Source of the DNA: an uncultured Alphaproteobacteria bacterium
GTDB taxonomy: Bacteria; Pseudomonadota; Alphaproteobacteria; Rhizobiales; Tepidamorphaceae
Direction: 5' to 3'
DNA length: 64,000 bases
Assembly: GCA_963803485.1 (NCBI GenBank)
Contig: CAWDMT010000008.1
Span: forward strand, 99,060 to 163,059
Under the pieces are notes generated by a model, which was given only the letters and a program-made list of their open reading frames with translations, made no database searches and had not been told where the DNA came from. The position numbers and the translations under genes were made by a program. This document shows, piece after piece, positions 1 to 10,981 of the stretch (position 1 is its first letter; every line of letters begins with the position of its first letter).

Positions 1-138
1 GGTCGCGACGATGCCTGGCGCGGATTCCCCACGGTCTCGGAAGGGCTTCGGCGCATCGACACGACGGTCCGCGAGTGGATCGGCCTCGCCGTTTACCGTC
101 TGATCGGCCGCAGCCCCGAGCTCCTTCCCGGGCCATGA
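1..138 (+). CDS. C-terminal end of an unidentified protein (gene starts upstream of the window)
   Basis: Frame +1 is open from base 1 to TGA 136-138 (GRDDAWRGFPTVSEGLRRIDTTVREWIGLAVYRLIGRSPELLPGP*). Third codon positions are G/C-rich. No family recognised by eye. Confidence 0.3.
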   Translation, partial: GRDDAWRGFPTVSEGLRRIDTTVREWIGLAVYRLIGRSPELLPGP

Positions 139-164
139 CGGCGCGAGCCGTGCGTCCCCCGATC

Positions 165-179
165 TGCTGCATTGCAGCA
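165..179. promoter_or_regulatory. Perfect palindrome TGCTGCA-T-TGCAGCA (contains CTGC-N3-GCAG), possible dimeric regulator site
   Basis: Read directly. Intergenic, 27 nt after the upstream stop. A 1-nt loop is too small for a terminator hairpin. Confidence 0.3.
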
Positions 180-285
180 ATGCCCCTTGCGCCCCCAAGG
201 CCGAGCGTGTAACTCCCGCCACCGCTCCGCTCATCGGGCGTATGATCCGCGGCGGGGCGGATCGAATCACAAGAGGTTTGTGTAA

Positions 286-411
286 ATGCAGCGAGATGCC
301 GAGCCGTCCTATCTCAGGGTGACGGCCTGGACGCTGGCGGTGCTCGTCGGCGTGATGATGGTGACGGCGCTGTTCGGCGGCTTCGAGCCGACCGCGGTGG
401 CCGGGAGATAG
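286..411 (+). CDS. Possible 41-aa single-pass membrane peptide
   Basis: ATG 286 is preceded by AAGAGG (271-276). Translation MQRDAEPSYLRVTAWTLAVLVGVMMVTALFGGFEPTAVAGR* has a hydrophobic core and GC-rich third positions. It is shorter than any ORF listed in the supplied track. Confidence 0.3.
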   Translation: MQRDAEPSYLRVTAWTLAVLVGVMMVTALFGGFEPTAVAGR

Positions 412-524
412 TCTGAGGCGCAGCTTGCGAACCATTACGGCGCGGTTCCGGCGGAGCCGCGCCGTTCGCGTTTCGGGGGGCGCCAAGTCGTGCTAGCGTC
501 CGCCGCCGATACGGGAGGACGCGC

Positions 525-935
525 ATGGCCCAGACGATAAAGCTCGGTTACCGGAAGCTCGTTGACGACGCCTTGGCCGAGGTGGAGACGATCTCTGCGG
601 AGGAGGCGAAGGGCCTCGCCGGACGGGACGACGTCCTGCTGGTCGACATCCGCGACATTCGCGAGTTGGAGCGCGAGGGCAGGGTGCCGGGCGCGTTCCA
701 CGCGCCGCGCGGGATGCTGGAGTTCTGGATCGATCCCGACAGCCCGTATCACAAGCCGGCCTTTGCGGAAGACAAGCGCTTCGTATTCTTCTGCGCGGGC
801 GGCCTGCGCTCGGCGCTCGCCGCGCAGATCGCGAGCCGTATGGGGCTGGCGCCCGTGTGCCATGTCCACGGCGGCTTCAAGGCCTGGAAGGAGGCCGGCG
901 GCCCGGTCGAGGCCCCGGCCGCGAAGCGTGGCTGA
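525..935 (+). CDS. Rhodanese-domain sulfurtransferase
   Basis: 136-aa ORF with GGGAGG just upstream of the ATG. Rhodanese-like pattern includes the active-site loop FFCAGGLRS (Cys-X4-Arg). Confidence 0.8.
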   Translation: MAQTIKLGYRKLVDDALAEVETISAEEAKGLAGRDDVLLVDIRDIRELEREGRVPGAFHAPRGMLEFWIDPDSPYHKPAFAEDKRFVFFCAGGLRSALAAQIASRMGLAPVCHVHGGFKAWKEAGGPVEAPAAKRG

Positions 936-968
936 CGCCGCGCTCCGAATGCGCGTATCGTCCGTCCC

Positions 969-2576
969 ATGCCGCTGATCGAATCGAGGATAGACACGCA
1001 GGACGAGGACTTCCGCGCCAATGCGGAGGCGATGGCCGCGCTCGTCGCCGAACTGGAAGCGAAGCGCGCCGAGGCGGCAGCCGGCGGCGGCGAGAAGGCG
1101 CGCGAGCGGCACGTGAAGCGCGGGAAGCTTCTGCCGCGCGAGCGAGTGATGCGGTTGATCGATCCGGGCTCGCCCTTCCTCGAGATGTCTCCGCTGGCCG
1201 CCGGCGGCATGTACGACGACGCCATCCACGGCGCGGGCATCATCACCGGGATCGGGCGCGTCGAGGGGAGGGAATGCGTGATCGTCTGCAACGACGCGAC
1301 GATCAAGGGCGGCACCTACTATCCGATGACGGTGAAGAAGCATCTCCGCGCGCAGGAGATCGCGCGCGAGAACCGGCTGCCCTGCGTCTATCTGGTCGAT
1401 TCCGGCGGTGCCAATCTGCCTAACCAGACCGAGGTGTTCCCGGACCGCGATCATTTCGGCCGCATCTTCTACAATCAGGCGACGATGTCGGCGGAAGGCA
1501 TACCGCAGATCGCAGTGGTCATGGGGTCGTGCACGGCGGGCGGGGCCTACGTCCCGGCGATGTCGGACGAGACGGTGATCGTGAAGGGGCAGGGGACGAT
1601 CTTCCTGGCTGGCCCGCCGCTGGTGAAGGCGGCGACGGGCGAGGAGGTGTCGGCGGAGGATCTCGGCGGGGCCGACGTGCATACCCGCGTCTCGGGTGTT
1701 GCGGACCACTATGCCCTGGACGACGACCATGCGCTGAGGATCGCCAGATCCATCGTCGCGAACATTAACAGTCGCAATGCGTTGGCCGCCGAACTTCAGG
1801 AAACGGTACCGCCGGCCTATGAAGAGGCGGAACTGGACGGCATCGTACCGGCGTCGCTGTCTCGGCAGTACGACATCCGCGAGGTGATCGCGCGGATCGT
1901 CGACGGCTCCGTGCTCGACGAGTTCAAGGCGCGCTATGGAACGACGCTGGTAACGGGCTTTGCCCGGATACATGGGATGCCGGTGGGAATCCTCGCCAAT
2001 AACGGCATCCTGTTTTCGGAATCCGCGCTGAAGGGCGCGCATTTCGTGGAATTGTGCTGTCAGCGCCGGATTCCGCTGCTGTTTCTCCAGAACATCACCG
2101 GGTTCATGGTCGGCCGCGAATACGAGGCGGGCGGCATCGCAAAGGACGGAGCGAAGCTGGTCACCGCCGTGGCCTGTGCGAAGGTGCCGAAGCTGACGGT
2201 CATCGTCGGCGGTTCCTTCGGAGCGGGGAACTACGGCATGTGTGGGCGCGCCTACGGGCCGCGGTTTCTGTACATGTGGCCGAATGCCCGCATCTCGGTC
2301 ATGGGCGGCGAGCAGGCCGCGAGCGTCCTCGCGACGGTCCGGCGGGACAATATCGAGGCTGAAGGCAAGGCCTGGAGCGCGGAGGACGAGGACGCTTTCA
2401 AGGCCCCGATCCGCGAGCGCTACGAAGCGGAAGGCAGCGCCTATTACGCGACCGCCCGGCTCTGGGACGACGGCATCATCACCCCGCGCGAAACCCGCCG
2501 CGTCCTCGCCCTGTCGCTGGCCGCCGCCCTCAACGCGCCGATACCCGAGACCAGGTTCGGCGTTTTCCGGATGTAA
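969..2576 (+). CDS. mccB: Methylcrotonyl-CoA carboxylase, carboxyltransferase (beta) subunit
   Basis: 535 aa, collinear with MCCC2/LiuB-type proteins. Matching blocks: [118 protein letters not shown]. Confidence 0.88.
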   Translation: MPLIESRIDTQDEDFRANAEAMAALVAELEAKRAEAAAGGGEKARERHVKRGKLLPRERVMRLIDPGSPFLEMSPLAAGGMYDDAIHGAGIITGIGRVEGRECVIVCNDATIKGGTYYPMTVKKHLRAQEIARENRLPCVYLVDSGGANLPNQTEVFPDRDHFGRIFYNQATMSAEGIPQIAVVMGSCTAGGAYVPAMSDETVIVKGQGTIFLAGPPLVKAATGEEVSAEDLGGADVHTRVSGVADHYALDDDHALRIARSIVANINSRNALAAELQETVPPAYEEAELDGIVPASLSRQYDIREVIARIVDGSVLDEFKARYGTTLVTGFARIHGMPVGILANNGILFSESALKGAHFVELCCQRRIPLLFLQNITGFMVGREYEAGGIAKDGAKLVTAVACAKVPKLTVIVGGSFGAGNYGMCGRAYGPRFLYMWPNARISVMGGEQAASVLATVRRDNIEAEGKAWSAEDEDAFKAPIRERYEAEGSAYYATARLWDDGIITPRETRRVLALSLAAALNAPIPETRFGVFRM

Positions 2577-2582
2577 CGAGGC

Positions 2583-2672
2583 GGGGCTCGATCCTTCGAG
2601 ACGGCGCTGTGCTCTGGTGAATTCCTCATCCTGAGGGGCCGCTCGATGAGCGCGTCCCGAAGGGTCGACGCC
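2583..2672. repeat. REP-like imperfect palindromic intergenic element, copy 1
   Basis: Arms TCGATCCTTCGAGACG (2588-2603) and CGTCCCGAAGGGTCGA (2653-2668) flank a central CCTCATCCTGAGG (2624-2636). The same motifs recur at 49626-49736. Confidence 0.5.
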
Positions 2673-2771
2673 CGTTGCGATGATGCGAGCACATGCGTGC
2701 GATGTCGCGCATCGGCGCCCTCGGGCGTGAAAAGCTGCTAGATGAATGAGTTGCGTATCCGGAGCCTTCTC

Positions 2772-4160
2772 ATGTTCCTCAGCGTCTTCGAGCTTTTCAA
2801 GATAGGGATCGGGCCGTCGAGCTCGCATACCGTGGGGCCGATGGTGGCCGCGGCGCGGTTCCTGGAAGCCATGCGGCGCGGCGAGGGGCCGAGGCCGACG
2901 CATGTCTCGGTGTCGCTTCATGGATCGCTCGCCTTCACCGGAAAAGGGCACGGCACCGACCGGGCGATCGTGCTGGGACTTCTCGGCGAAGCGCCCGACC
3001 GCGTCGATCCGGACGCGGTCGACGGTCTCATAGCGCAGGTCGCCTCGGAGAAGGCGATCGTTCCCCCTGGGCTGTGGCGGATGGAGTTCGATCCCGCCGC
3101 CGACATCGTCTTCGACTACGGCCCGCCATTGCCGGGACATTCCAACGGCATGTCCTTCCGGGCCATGGACGCGGCCGGCGACGTCCTGATCGAGAAGACG
3201 TATTTCTCGATCGGCGGCGGTTTCGTCGTGAGCCGTGCCGAGCTCGACCGCGTGGGCGAGGACGAGTCGCCGCTGGCGCGCGCTTCCGACGTGCCCCATC
3301 CCTTTGCGAGCGCTGCAGAAATGCTCGAGATGGCGGCCGCGGCAGGAATGACCGTCGCGCAGATGAAGCGCGCCAACGAACTCTCGCGTATGGAGGGTTC
3401 GGAGCTCGACGCGCGCCTGGACCGCATCTGGGATGCGATGAACGGCTGCATGCAGCGCGGGCTGACCCATCACGGAGAACTGCCCGGGGGTCTGCACGTG
3501 AAGCGGCGTGCGGCGACCATCCACGACAAGCTGATGGAGGAGAAGGGGCGTAACAGGCCCTTCGAGCATCAGGTCATGGACTGGCTGTCGGTCTATGCCA
3601 TGGCCGTGAACGAGGAGAACGCGGCGGGCGGGAGCGTCGTCACCGCGCCGACGAACGGAGCCGCCGGCGTCGTGCCCGCCGTCATCCGTTACTACCTCGA
3701 CCATTGCCCCGGCGCCGACCGGGCTGGAATCCGCACTTTCCTGCTGGCGGCGGCGGCCATCGGCGGGATCATCAAGCACAACGCGTCGATTTCCGGTGCC
3801 GAGGTCGGCTGCCAGGGCGAGGTCGGCTCTGCCTCGGCGATGGCGGCGGCGGGGCTCGCGGCGGCGCTCGGCGGCACCAACGCGCAGGTCGAGAACGCCG
3901 CCGAGATCGCGCTGGAGCACCATCTCGGCATGACGTGCGATCCCGTCGGCGGGCTCGTGCAGGTCCCGTGCATCGAGCGCAACGCGCTCGGCGCCGTGAA
4001 GGCTGTGACCGCCGCATCGCTCGCGCTCAGGGGCGACGGCAGCCACTTCGTCCCCCTCGACACCTGCATCGAGACGATGCGCCAGACCGGCATCGACATG
4101 AGCGAAAAGTACAAGGAGACCTCGACCGGCGGCCTCGCGGTGAACGTCGTGGAGTGCTGA
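2772..4160 (+). CDS. sdaA: L-serine ammonia-lyase (iron-sulfur L-serine dehydratase, single-chain form)
   Basis: N-terminus [24 protein letters not shown] is the SdaA signature. GGAG lies 7 nt upstream of ATG 2772, which I prefer over the track start at 2742. Full-length collinearity of about 460 aa. Confidence 0.92.
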   Translation: MFLSVFELFKIGIGPSSSHTVGPMVAAARFLEAMRRGEGPRPTHVSVSLHGSLAFTGKGHGTDRAIVLGLLGEAPDRVDPDAVDGLIAQVASEKAIVPPGLWRMEFDPAADIVFDYGPPLPGHSNGMSFRAMDAAGDVLIEKTYFSIGGGFVVSRAELDRVGEDESPLARASDVPHPFASAAEMLEMAAAAGMTVAQMKRANELSRMEGSELDARLDRIWDAMNGCMQRGLTHHGELPGGLHVKRRAATIHDKLMEEKGRNRPFEHQVMDWLSVYAMAVNEENAAGGSVVTAPTNGAAGVVPAVIRYYLDHCPGADRAGIRTFLLAAAAIGGIIKHNASISGAEVGCQGEVGSASAMAAAGLAAALGGTNAQVENAAEIALEHHLGMTCDPVGGLVQVPCIERNALGAVKAVTAASLALRGDGSHFVPLDTCIETMRQTGIDMSEKYKETSTGGLAVNVVEC

Positions 4161-4231
4161 GGGGGGTGGGGACGGAGCAGTCCCGCCACCGGCCCGATTG
4201 CCCGAAGCGGCAGGGCGGGCGATAAGGCGGC

Positions 4232-6205
4232 ATGTTCGGGTCGCTCCTCATCGCGAATCGCGGCGAGATCGCCGTACGCGTGATCCTGACCGCCAGGCGG
4301 ATGGGATTGCGCACGATCGCCGTTCATTCGGAGGCCGACCGGGGCGCGCTGCACGTCGAACTCGCCGACGAGGCGCATCCACTCGGCCCTGCGCCCGCCG
4401 CCGAGAGCTACCTCCGTCCCGACCGTATCCTCGATGTCGCGCGGAACGCCGGGGCCGAGGCGATACACCCCGGCTACGGGTTTCTTTCCGAGAATGCCGA
4501 CTTCGCGGAGGCCTGCGCGGCAGCGGGTATCGTCTTCGTCGGCCCTCCGCCATCGGCGATCCGGGCGATGGGCCTGAAGGACGAAGCCAAGGCGCTGATG
4601 GAGAAGGCGGGCGTGCCCGTCGTGCCCGGCTATCACGGAAGCCGGCAGGAGCCCGACTTCCTGCGCGAGAAGGCCTACGAGATCGGCTATCCGGTGCTCG
4701 TCAAGGCCGTGGCCGGCGGCGGCGGCAAGGGCATGCGCCGCGTCGACCGGCAGATCGATTTCGATGGCGCGCTGGAGGCCGCGCAGCGCGAGGCGCGGGG
4801 CGCGTTCGGCGATCCACGGGTCCTGATCGAGAAATACGTCGCCCGGCCGCGCCATATCGAGATGCAGGTCTTCGCCGACGCGCACGGCAACGCGGTGCAT
4901 CTCTTCGAGCGCGACTGCTCGATGCAGCGCCGCCACCAGAAGGTGATCGAGGAAGCGCCGGCGCCGGGCATGACGGCTGTGACCCGCGCCGCAATGGGCG
5001 AGGCCGCCGTCGCTGCAGCAAGGGCCGTCGGCTACACGAACGCCGGCACGGTCGAATTCATCGTCGATGGGACGAAGGAACCGGGGCCGGACGGCTTCCA
5101 TTTCATGGAGATGAACACCCGGCTTCAGGTGGAGCATCCCGTGACCGAGGCCGTTACGGGCCTGGATCTCGTGGAGTGGCAGCTTCGCGTCGCCGCCGGA
5201 GAGCCGCTGCCGCTGAAGCAGGACGAGATCGGAATCTCAGGCCATGCGGTCGAGGCACGGCTCTACGCCGAGGACCCCGACAGGGGGTTCCTGCCGTCCA
5301 CGGGCCGGCTCGAGGTGCTCGAACTCGCCGGGGGCGATGGGATACGCGTCGACAGCGGCGTGCGCGAGGGCGATGTCGTCACCCCGTTCTACGACCCCAT
5401 GATCGCGAAGATCATTGCGCACGGGGCCAGTCGCGACGAGGCGCTCGACCGGCTGGCGCAGGCGCTGGACGAGAGTCTGGTGGCGGGCCCCAGGACCAAT
5501 CTGGGATTTCTGCGCCGCCTGACGCAGGACGAGGGGTTCCGGTCCGGTGCGTTCGACACCGGGCTGATCGATGCCCGGATCGAATCGCTGATCGCCCGGC
5601 CGGAGGGTGCGGTGGAGGCTGCCACGGCGCTGGGCGTGCTGCGGCTGCTGGAAAGGCGCGAGGAATCGGCAGCGGCGCCCGCCCTGCGGGCCACGAGCCC
5701 CTGGGATGCGACCGACGGTTTCCAGCTGGGGCCCGCACGACGCATGGGCGTCCGCGTCCGCGTCGACGGCGTGACCCGCTCGGTGGAGGTCGAATGGGAT
5801 GAGGGCGAGGCGTCTGTGGTTGTCCCGGAGGATGGCCCACGGTGGGCGGAGATCGACGCCTGCCTGATCGACGTCCCCTCGGGCGTGCTGGTTGTCGCGG
5901 ACGGCCGCCAGACGCATGTCGAGCCGTCCGCGGATGCCGGTCCCGACACGGAGGCGCTCGCGGGCGACGCGCCCGTGCGCGCGCCGATGCACGGACGGGT
6001 CGTGTCCGTCGATGTCGTGGACGGCGAGGCGGTCGTGAAGGGCCGGAAGCTCGCCGTCGTCGAGGCGATGAAGATGGAGCACGCGCTCATCGCGCCGCAT
6101 GGCGGGACGGTCGGCGCCATATCGGTCGCGGCGGGCGATCAGGTCGCCGAGGGACAGGTGATGATGGTGGTCCACGGCGCGGTCGCCGCGGACCCCGAAG
6201 GTTAG
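4232..6205 (+). CDS. mccA: Methylcrotonyl-CoA carboxylase, biotin carboxylase/BCCP (alpha) subunit
   Basis: 657 aa. N-terminal biotin carboxylase ([17 protein letters not shown]..., ATP-grasp GGGGKGMR). C-terminal biotinyl domain with the EAMKME motif. Paired with mccB nearby. Confidence 0.88.
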   Translation: MFGSLLIANRGEIAVRVILTARRMGLRTIAVHSEADRGALHVELADEAHPLGPAPAAESYLRPDRILDVARNAGAEAIHPGYGFLSENADFAEACAAAGIVFVGPPPSAIRAMGLKDEAKALMEKAGVPVVPGYHGSRQEPDFLREKAYEIGYPVLVKAVAGGGGKGMRRVDRQIDFDGALEAAQREARGAFGDPRVLIEKYVARPRHIEMQVFADAHGNAVHLFERDCSMQRRHQKVIEEAPAPGMTAVTRAAMGEAAVAAARAVGYTNAGTVEFIVDGTKEPGPDGFHFMEMNTRLQVEHPVTEAVTGLDLVEWQLRVAAGEPLPLKQDEIGISGHAVEARLYAEDPDRGFLPSTGRLEVLELAGGDGIRVDSGVREGDVVTPFYDPMIAKIIAHGASRDEALDRLAQALDESLVAGPRTNLGFLRRLTQDEGFRSGAFDTGLIDARIESLIARPEGAVEAATALGVLRLLERREESAAAPALRATSPWDATDGFQLGPARRMGVRVRVDGVTRSVEVEWDEGEASVVVPEDGPRWAEIDACLIDVPSGVLVVADGRQTHVEPSADAGPDTEALAGDAPVRAPMHGRVVSVDVVDGEAVVKGRKLAVVEAMKMEHALIAPHGGTVGAISVAAGDQVAEGQVMMVVHGAVAADPEG

Positions 6206-6221
6206 AGTTCCGATCGGCCGG

Positions 6222-8799
6222 CTACTGGCCGAAGATGCGCCGGCGCTGCCACCAGCCGCGCTTCGGCTCGGCGGAACCGCTCTCCTCGCCGCCATCCGCC
6301 TCTGAGTCGTCGGAATCCGCGCCGTTGGAGGCGGGAGCGGCCTGATCCGCTGCCTCGACAGGTTCGGGCGCCACCGCCTTGACCGGCTCGATCGTCTCCG
6401 GCTCCGGCTCGGCAGGAGTGGCCTCCGCGGCTTCCGCTGCCTCGGCAGGCTTGGCCTTGGCCCTGGAACGGCGCGGTGCGCGGCGCTTCGGCGCGGGCTT
6501 TTCCTCTTCGACGGCGGGCTCCGCCGCGGTCTCGGGCTCGGCCGGGGCTTCCGCCTCGACGGGCGCGACCTCGGGCTCGCTGTCCACGGGCTCGGTCGCC
6601 TCGGCCGGTGCGGCGGCGACGGTCTCCGCGGCGGCAGGCTCGCCGGCATCGGCCGCGGCTTCGCCGTCCCCGGACACCTCGTCGTCACCGTGCTCGTCGG
6701 ACGGACGCGTCGTGCCGTCGCGGCGGTGCCGCCGGCCTCCCCGTCGACCCCGCCGGCGGCGGCGGGGCTGGTCGTCGCCTTCGCCGCGTTCCTCGTCGTC
6801 TGCTTCGGTCTGCCCGTCGCCGGCGTCCTCGGCGGCGGTCTGTTCGGCGGGCTGGGCCTGCGTGGCCTGCCCCTCGCCGCCACGCCGGCGCCGACGCCGG
6901 CGGCGGCCCTTGCGTCCGCCGCGCTCGTCGTGCTCGCGATCGCCGTCGGCCGCCTCGGCCTCGGCCTCGGCGTCCGTTTCGGCCTCGTCGTCCTCGATCT
7001 CGGCCTCTGCCTCGTGCTCGTCCTCGACCTCCTCGTCGGGGTCGACGGAGACCGGGCGCACGACGCTCTCGGCGAGCGGGGTGCGGGCCGGCTCGCCCTT
7101 CTCGAGCTTGAAGGCGACGCCGGACATGGTCTCGTCGGCCTCCAGCGTGATGCGGATGCCGAGCGCCTCCAGTTCGCGCAGGTGGTTGCGCTTCTGGTTG
7201 AGTATGTAGAGCGCCACCGCCGTGCGCACGTGCACGGTCAGGTCGGTCGGGCGGGTGCGCAGGAGTTCGTACTCGATCGAGCGCAGCACGTGCAGCGCGA
7301 CCGACTCCACGGAGCGGATGCGGCCGGTGCCCTCGCAGTGCGGGCATGGCTCGAGGCTCGAGCCTCCAGCACGCCGGTGCCGGATGCGCTGGCGGGACAT
7401 CTCGAGCAGGCCGAAGTGCGAGATGCGGCCGACCTGGATGCGGGCCCGGTCGTGCTTCAGCGCAGTCCTTCATGCTTGCTCTCGACGGCGCGGTTGTTGC
7501 GCTTCTCCTCCATGTCGATGAAGTCGATGACGATCAGGCCCGCGAGGTCGCGCAGGCGGAGCTGGCGGGCGACTTCGTCGGCGGCCTCCAGGTTGGTCTT
7601 GAGCGCGGTGTCCTCGATGTTGTGCTCGCGCGTCGAGCGGCCCGAGTTGACGTCGATGGCGACGAGCGCCTCGGTCTGGTTGATGCACGATGTAGCCGCC
7701 GGATGTCAGCGTCACGTGCGGCGAGAAGATCGCGTCGAGCTGGCCCTCGACGCCGTGCTTGAAGAACAGCGGCTCCGTCGTCGCGGTAGGGCTGGACGTT
7801 CTTGGCGTGGCTCGGCATGAGCATGCGCATGAAGTCCTTGGCCTCGCTGATAGGCGTCGTCGCCGTCGACGATGACTCGTCGATGTCCTTGTCGTAGAGG
7901 TCGCGGATGGCGCGCTTGACGAGGTGGCCTTCCTCGTAGACCAGCGTCGGCGCGATGGAATTCAGCGTCAGTTCGCGCGACGTTCTCCCACAGCCGCAGG
8001 AGATATTCGAAGTCGCGCTTGCACCTCGGTCTTGGTGCGCTTCGCGCCGGCGGTGCGCAGGATCACGCCCATGCCCTCCGGCACGTCGAGATCGCGAGGC
8101 GATCGACTTCAGGCGCTTGCGGTCGGCTGGCGTTGGTGATCTTGCGGGAGATGCCGCCGCCGCGCGACGTATTGGGCATCAGCACGCAGTAGCGGCCGGC
8201 GAGCGACAGGTAGGTGGTCAGCGCCGCGCCCTTGTTGCCGCGCTCTTCCTTGACGACCTGCACCAGCAGCACCTGCCGGCGCTTGATGACTTCCTGGATC
8301 TTGTACGGCCGCGGTGGCGCTGGCGGCGCTCGGGAACCTCCTCGAGCGCGTCGCTCGCCGCCGACCGATTCGACCGCTCGTCGCTCGCCGGCGTCTCGCG
8401 GCCTGGCGACGGCATCGGCGTTCTCGGCGTCCTCGCCGTCTCCGTCGGCCTCGGCCTCGCGACCTCGGCGGCGTCCGCTCGCCGGCTCATGCCATGCCTC
8501 GCCGGCGCTCTTCCTCGGCTCGTCCTCGGCGAGCAGCGCCTGACGGTCGGCATGGGGATCTGGTAGTAGTCGGGATGGATTTCGCTGAAGGCGAGGAAGC
8601 CGTGGCGGTTGCCGCCATAGTCCACGAAGGCCGCCTGGAGCGACGGCTCGACCCGGGTAACCTTGGCAAGGTAGATATTGCCGCGTAGCTGCTTGCGCGA
8701 TGCGGCCTCGAAATCAAAGTCTTCGACCTGTCCGTCCCTTACGACGACCACCCGGGTCTCCTCCGGATGGGTCGCATCGATGAGCATCTTTGTTGACAT
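6222..8799 (-). pseudogene. rne: Ribonuclease E, reading frame interrupted several times between about 7400 and 8560
   Basis: N-terminal S1 region MSTKMLIDATHPEETRVVVV...GNIYLAKVTRVEPSLQAAFVDYGGNRHGFLAFSEIHPDYYQIP (8218-8799). LLVQVVKEERGNKGAALTTYLSLAGRYCVLMPNTSRGGGISRKI (8063-8272). MRMLMPSHAKNVQPYRDD and TLTSGGYIV sit in other frames. The Zn-link CPHCEGTGRIRS plus an Arg/acidic tail is intact (6222-7400). Only frame changes are seen, no nonsense codons. Confidence 0.9.
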
Positions 8800-9540
8800 G
8801 TTCTGAACTCTGATTGGGGAGGGGCGCGTCGTGCGGCCGGTCCCCGCCCATGCCGGGCGGTCGGGCGCGCGCGCTCTCCGTTTCGGTTGAAAGCAAATTC
8901 ATTTCGTGGACCGGTCGGGCGCATCGCGCCACGGGCGCCGCCGACAACGCGGCGATCATGAGCACCGGGGCCGCGGGCCCCGCCCAGATCGTCGGCGTCG
9001 AAACTGCGCAGACCTTTCATCCACAACTCTCACATAACGGGCCGAGGTGACACCGGCCGTTGTCGATCAGCATCGCCCGGAGGGTCCGAGGCCGCCGCAT
9101 GGGCCGGGGAAGGGACACCTGACATCCCGGCCAGTCCAAAGCGCCGACGCATTCCGTCGTGCGCGAAAACCGTAAATCTCCCGGCGACGCGACATCGCGG
9201 TTCGCCCCGGTACGGCGGGCCAACGCCCACCGTGCGACTGATGGCAACCTTCGGTCCTGTTGAAACGCGCACCCTGAAAAAGGAGGGCTTTCGGCCGGGC
9301 CGATGATCTGCACGAGGCCAGAGACGCGAACGTATGCATTCCTCGCCTTATTAGTGCGTTGCAGGCACCCTTGGCAAGTGATTGTCTGCCATCTGACCGG
9401 GCGTAACGTTGAAAGCCGCCAGTCGTAAAGAGGTGGTTAACCCTACCGCTTTAATCGTGACCCGGCTTCCACCATATTGGCCAACATACGGACAGCGACA
9501 AGGGGCGTCCCCGGTGTCTCCGGCCGAAACGATCAGGCAC

Positions 9541-10775
9541 ATGTTCCGACACGCGCTGCCGGCGGCAATGCTCGCGGTAATGGCGCTTGTCGCCAATGCT
9601 GGAAGCGCACCCGCGGCGAACGACGCGAGTGAAATCCGGTCGCTACGGCGTCCCGTCTGGCGGGCGACGACGAGCGCACGCGATTCGTGATCGATCTCGA
9701 CCGGCACGTCGATTTCCGCGTCTTCCCGCTCGCCGATCCGTATCGTGTCGTCATCGACCTGCCCCAGGTCGACTTCCGACTCGCCGAGGGAGAAGGGAAG
9801 GAGGGCCGCGGGCTGGTGAAGGCCTATCGGTTCGGTCTCTTCGCGTCCGGAAAGTCCCGCATCGTCATCGACGCCGCCGGCCCCGTATCGGTCGAGAAGG
9901 CCTTCGTGCTCGATCCGCAGGACGATCAGCCGGCCCGTCTCGTCGTCGACCTGGTGGCCTCCGACCGCGCGGCCGTCATGGCCGCCATGGAGGAAGAGCG
10001 GCCGCAGCGCGAGTCCGACGGTCAGGAGAGCGCGCCCGGATCGCACGCGGCGGTTCCGCCGGGGACGGCGGACGAGGGGCGCCGGATCGCCATTGTGCTC
10101 GACCCCGGGCACGGGGGGATCGACCCGGGCGCCGTCAGCCGGGGAGGAACCCGGGAAAAGGACATCGTGCTGGCCTTCTCGCAGAGGCTGAAGGAGGCGC
10201 TTGAGGAGGTCGGGCAATTCGATGTCCACCTGACCCGCGAACGCGACGTGTTCATTCCGCTGGCCGAACGCGTCCGTCAGGCGCGCGAGCTGCGGGCATC
10301 GCTCTTCATCTCAATTCATGCCGATTCGGTCTCCACCGGCAGCGTCAATGGCGCTTCGGTCTACACCTTGTCGGAACGGGCATCCGATTCGGTTGCGGCG
10401 GCACTCGCCGAGCAGGAGAACCGGTCGGACGCGCTGGCCGGCGTCGAACTGGTCGAGGAGAACGACGCGGTCGCGGACATCCTGATCGACCTCGTTCGGC
10501 GGGAGACCAACAATTATTCGGTCTTTTTCGCCAGGACGCTGGTGGAGAACCTGCGCGAGGACGTGGCGCTGGTGCGGAATCCGCACCGGTCGGCTGGATT
10601 TCGCGTCCTCCGGGCACACGACGTGCCCTCGATCCTCCTCGAACTGGGCTACCTGACGAACACTGCCGACGAAAAGCTCCTCAACGACGAGGAGTGGCAG
10701 AACACGGTCGCGAAGCGAACCGTTGAGGCCGTGAACGCCTATTTCGGCGAAAAACACGCCCGAGGGCCGTTTTGA
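9541..10775 (+). pseudogene. amiC: N-acetylmuramoyl-L-alanine amidase (AmiC-like, AMIN domain plus Amidase_3), one frame change near 9650
   Basis: Signal peptide MFRHALPAAMLAVMALVANAGSAPA is in the 9409 frame. LAGDDERTRFVIDLDRHVDF (AMIN) and IVLDPGHGGIDPGAV...SIHADS (amidase_3) are in the 9687 frame. Confidence 0.85.
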
Positions 10776-10981
10776 CATCGGTCTCGACTGGCCAATGTCA
10801 CATTTTGAACACGGCGCTCGCATTGAACCGGTACTTGAAACGATGGTGATTTGCTCACCGAATACGGGCAGGATATGAGCATTGGCCGAACGGAACCGCG
10901 CGAGGCCGTACCGGGGGAAGGACGCGCAGACGGGGCGCGACTGCTTCGCGGAGAGGCGCGGAATGAGTTGGTGATACGGCC

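Noticed and set aside
435-4046. 1203-aa minus-strand ORF, plus other long Arg/Pro/Ala-rich ORFs such as 5237-6883 (-), 3692-5137 (-), 16972-18201 (-), 18286-19794 (-), 44608-46824 (-), 58494-60137 (-)
   Set aside because: They lie antisense to, or out of frame with, genes that have clear family signatures. They show the low-complexity R/P/A/G composition expected of stop-free frames in very GC-rich DNA, and no recognisable motifs.
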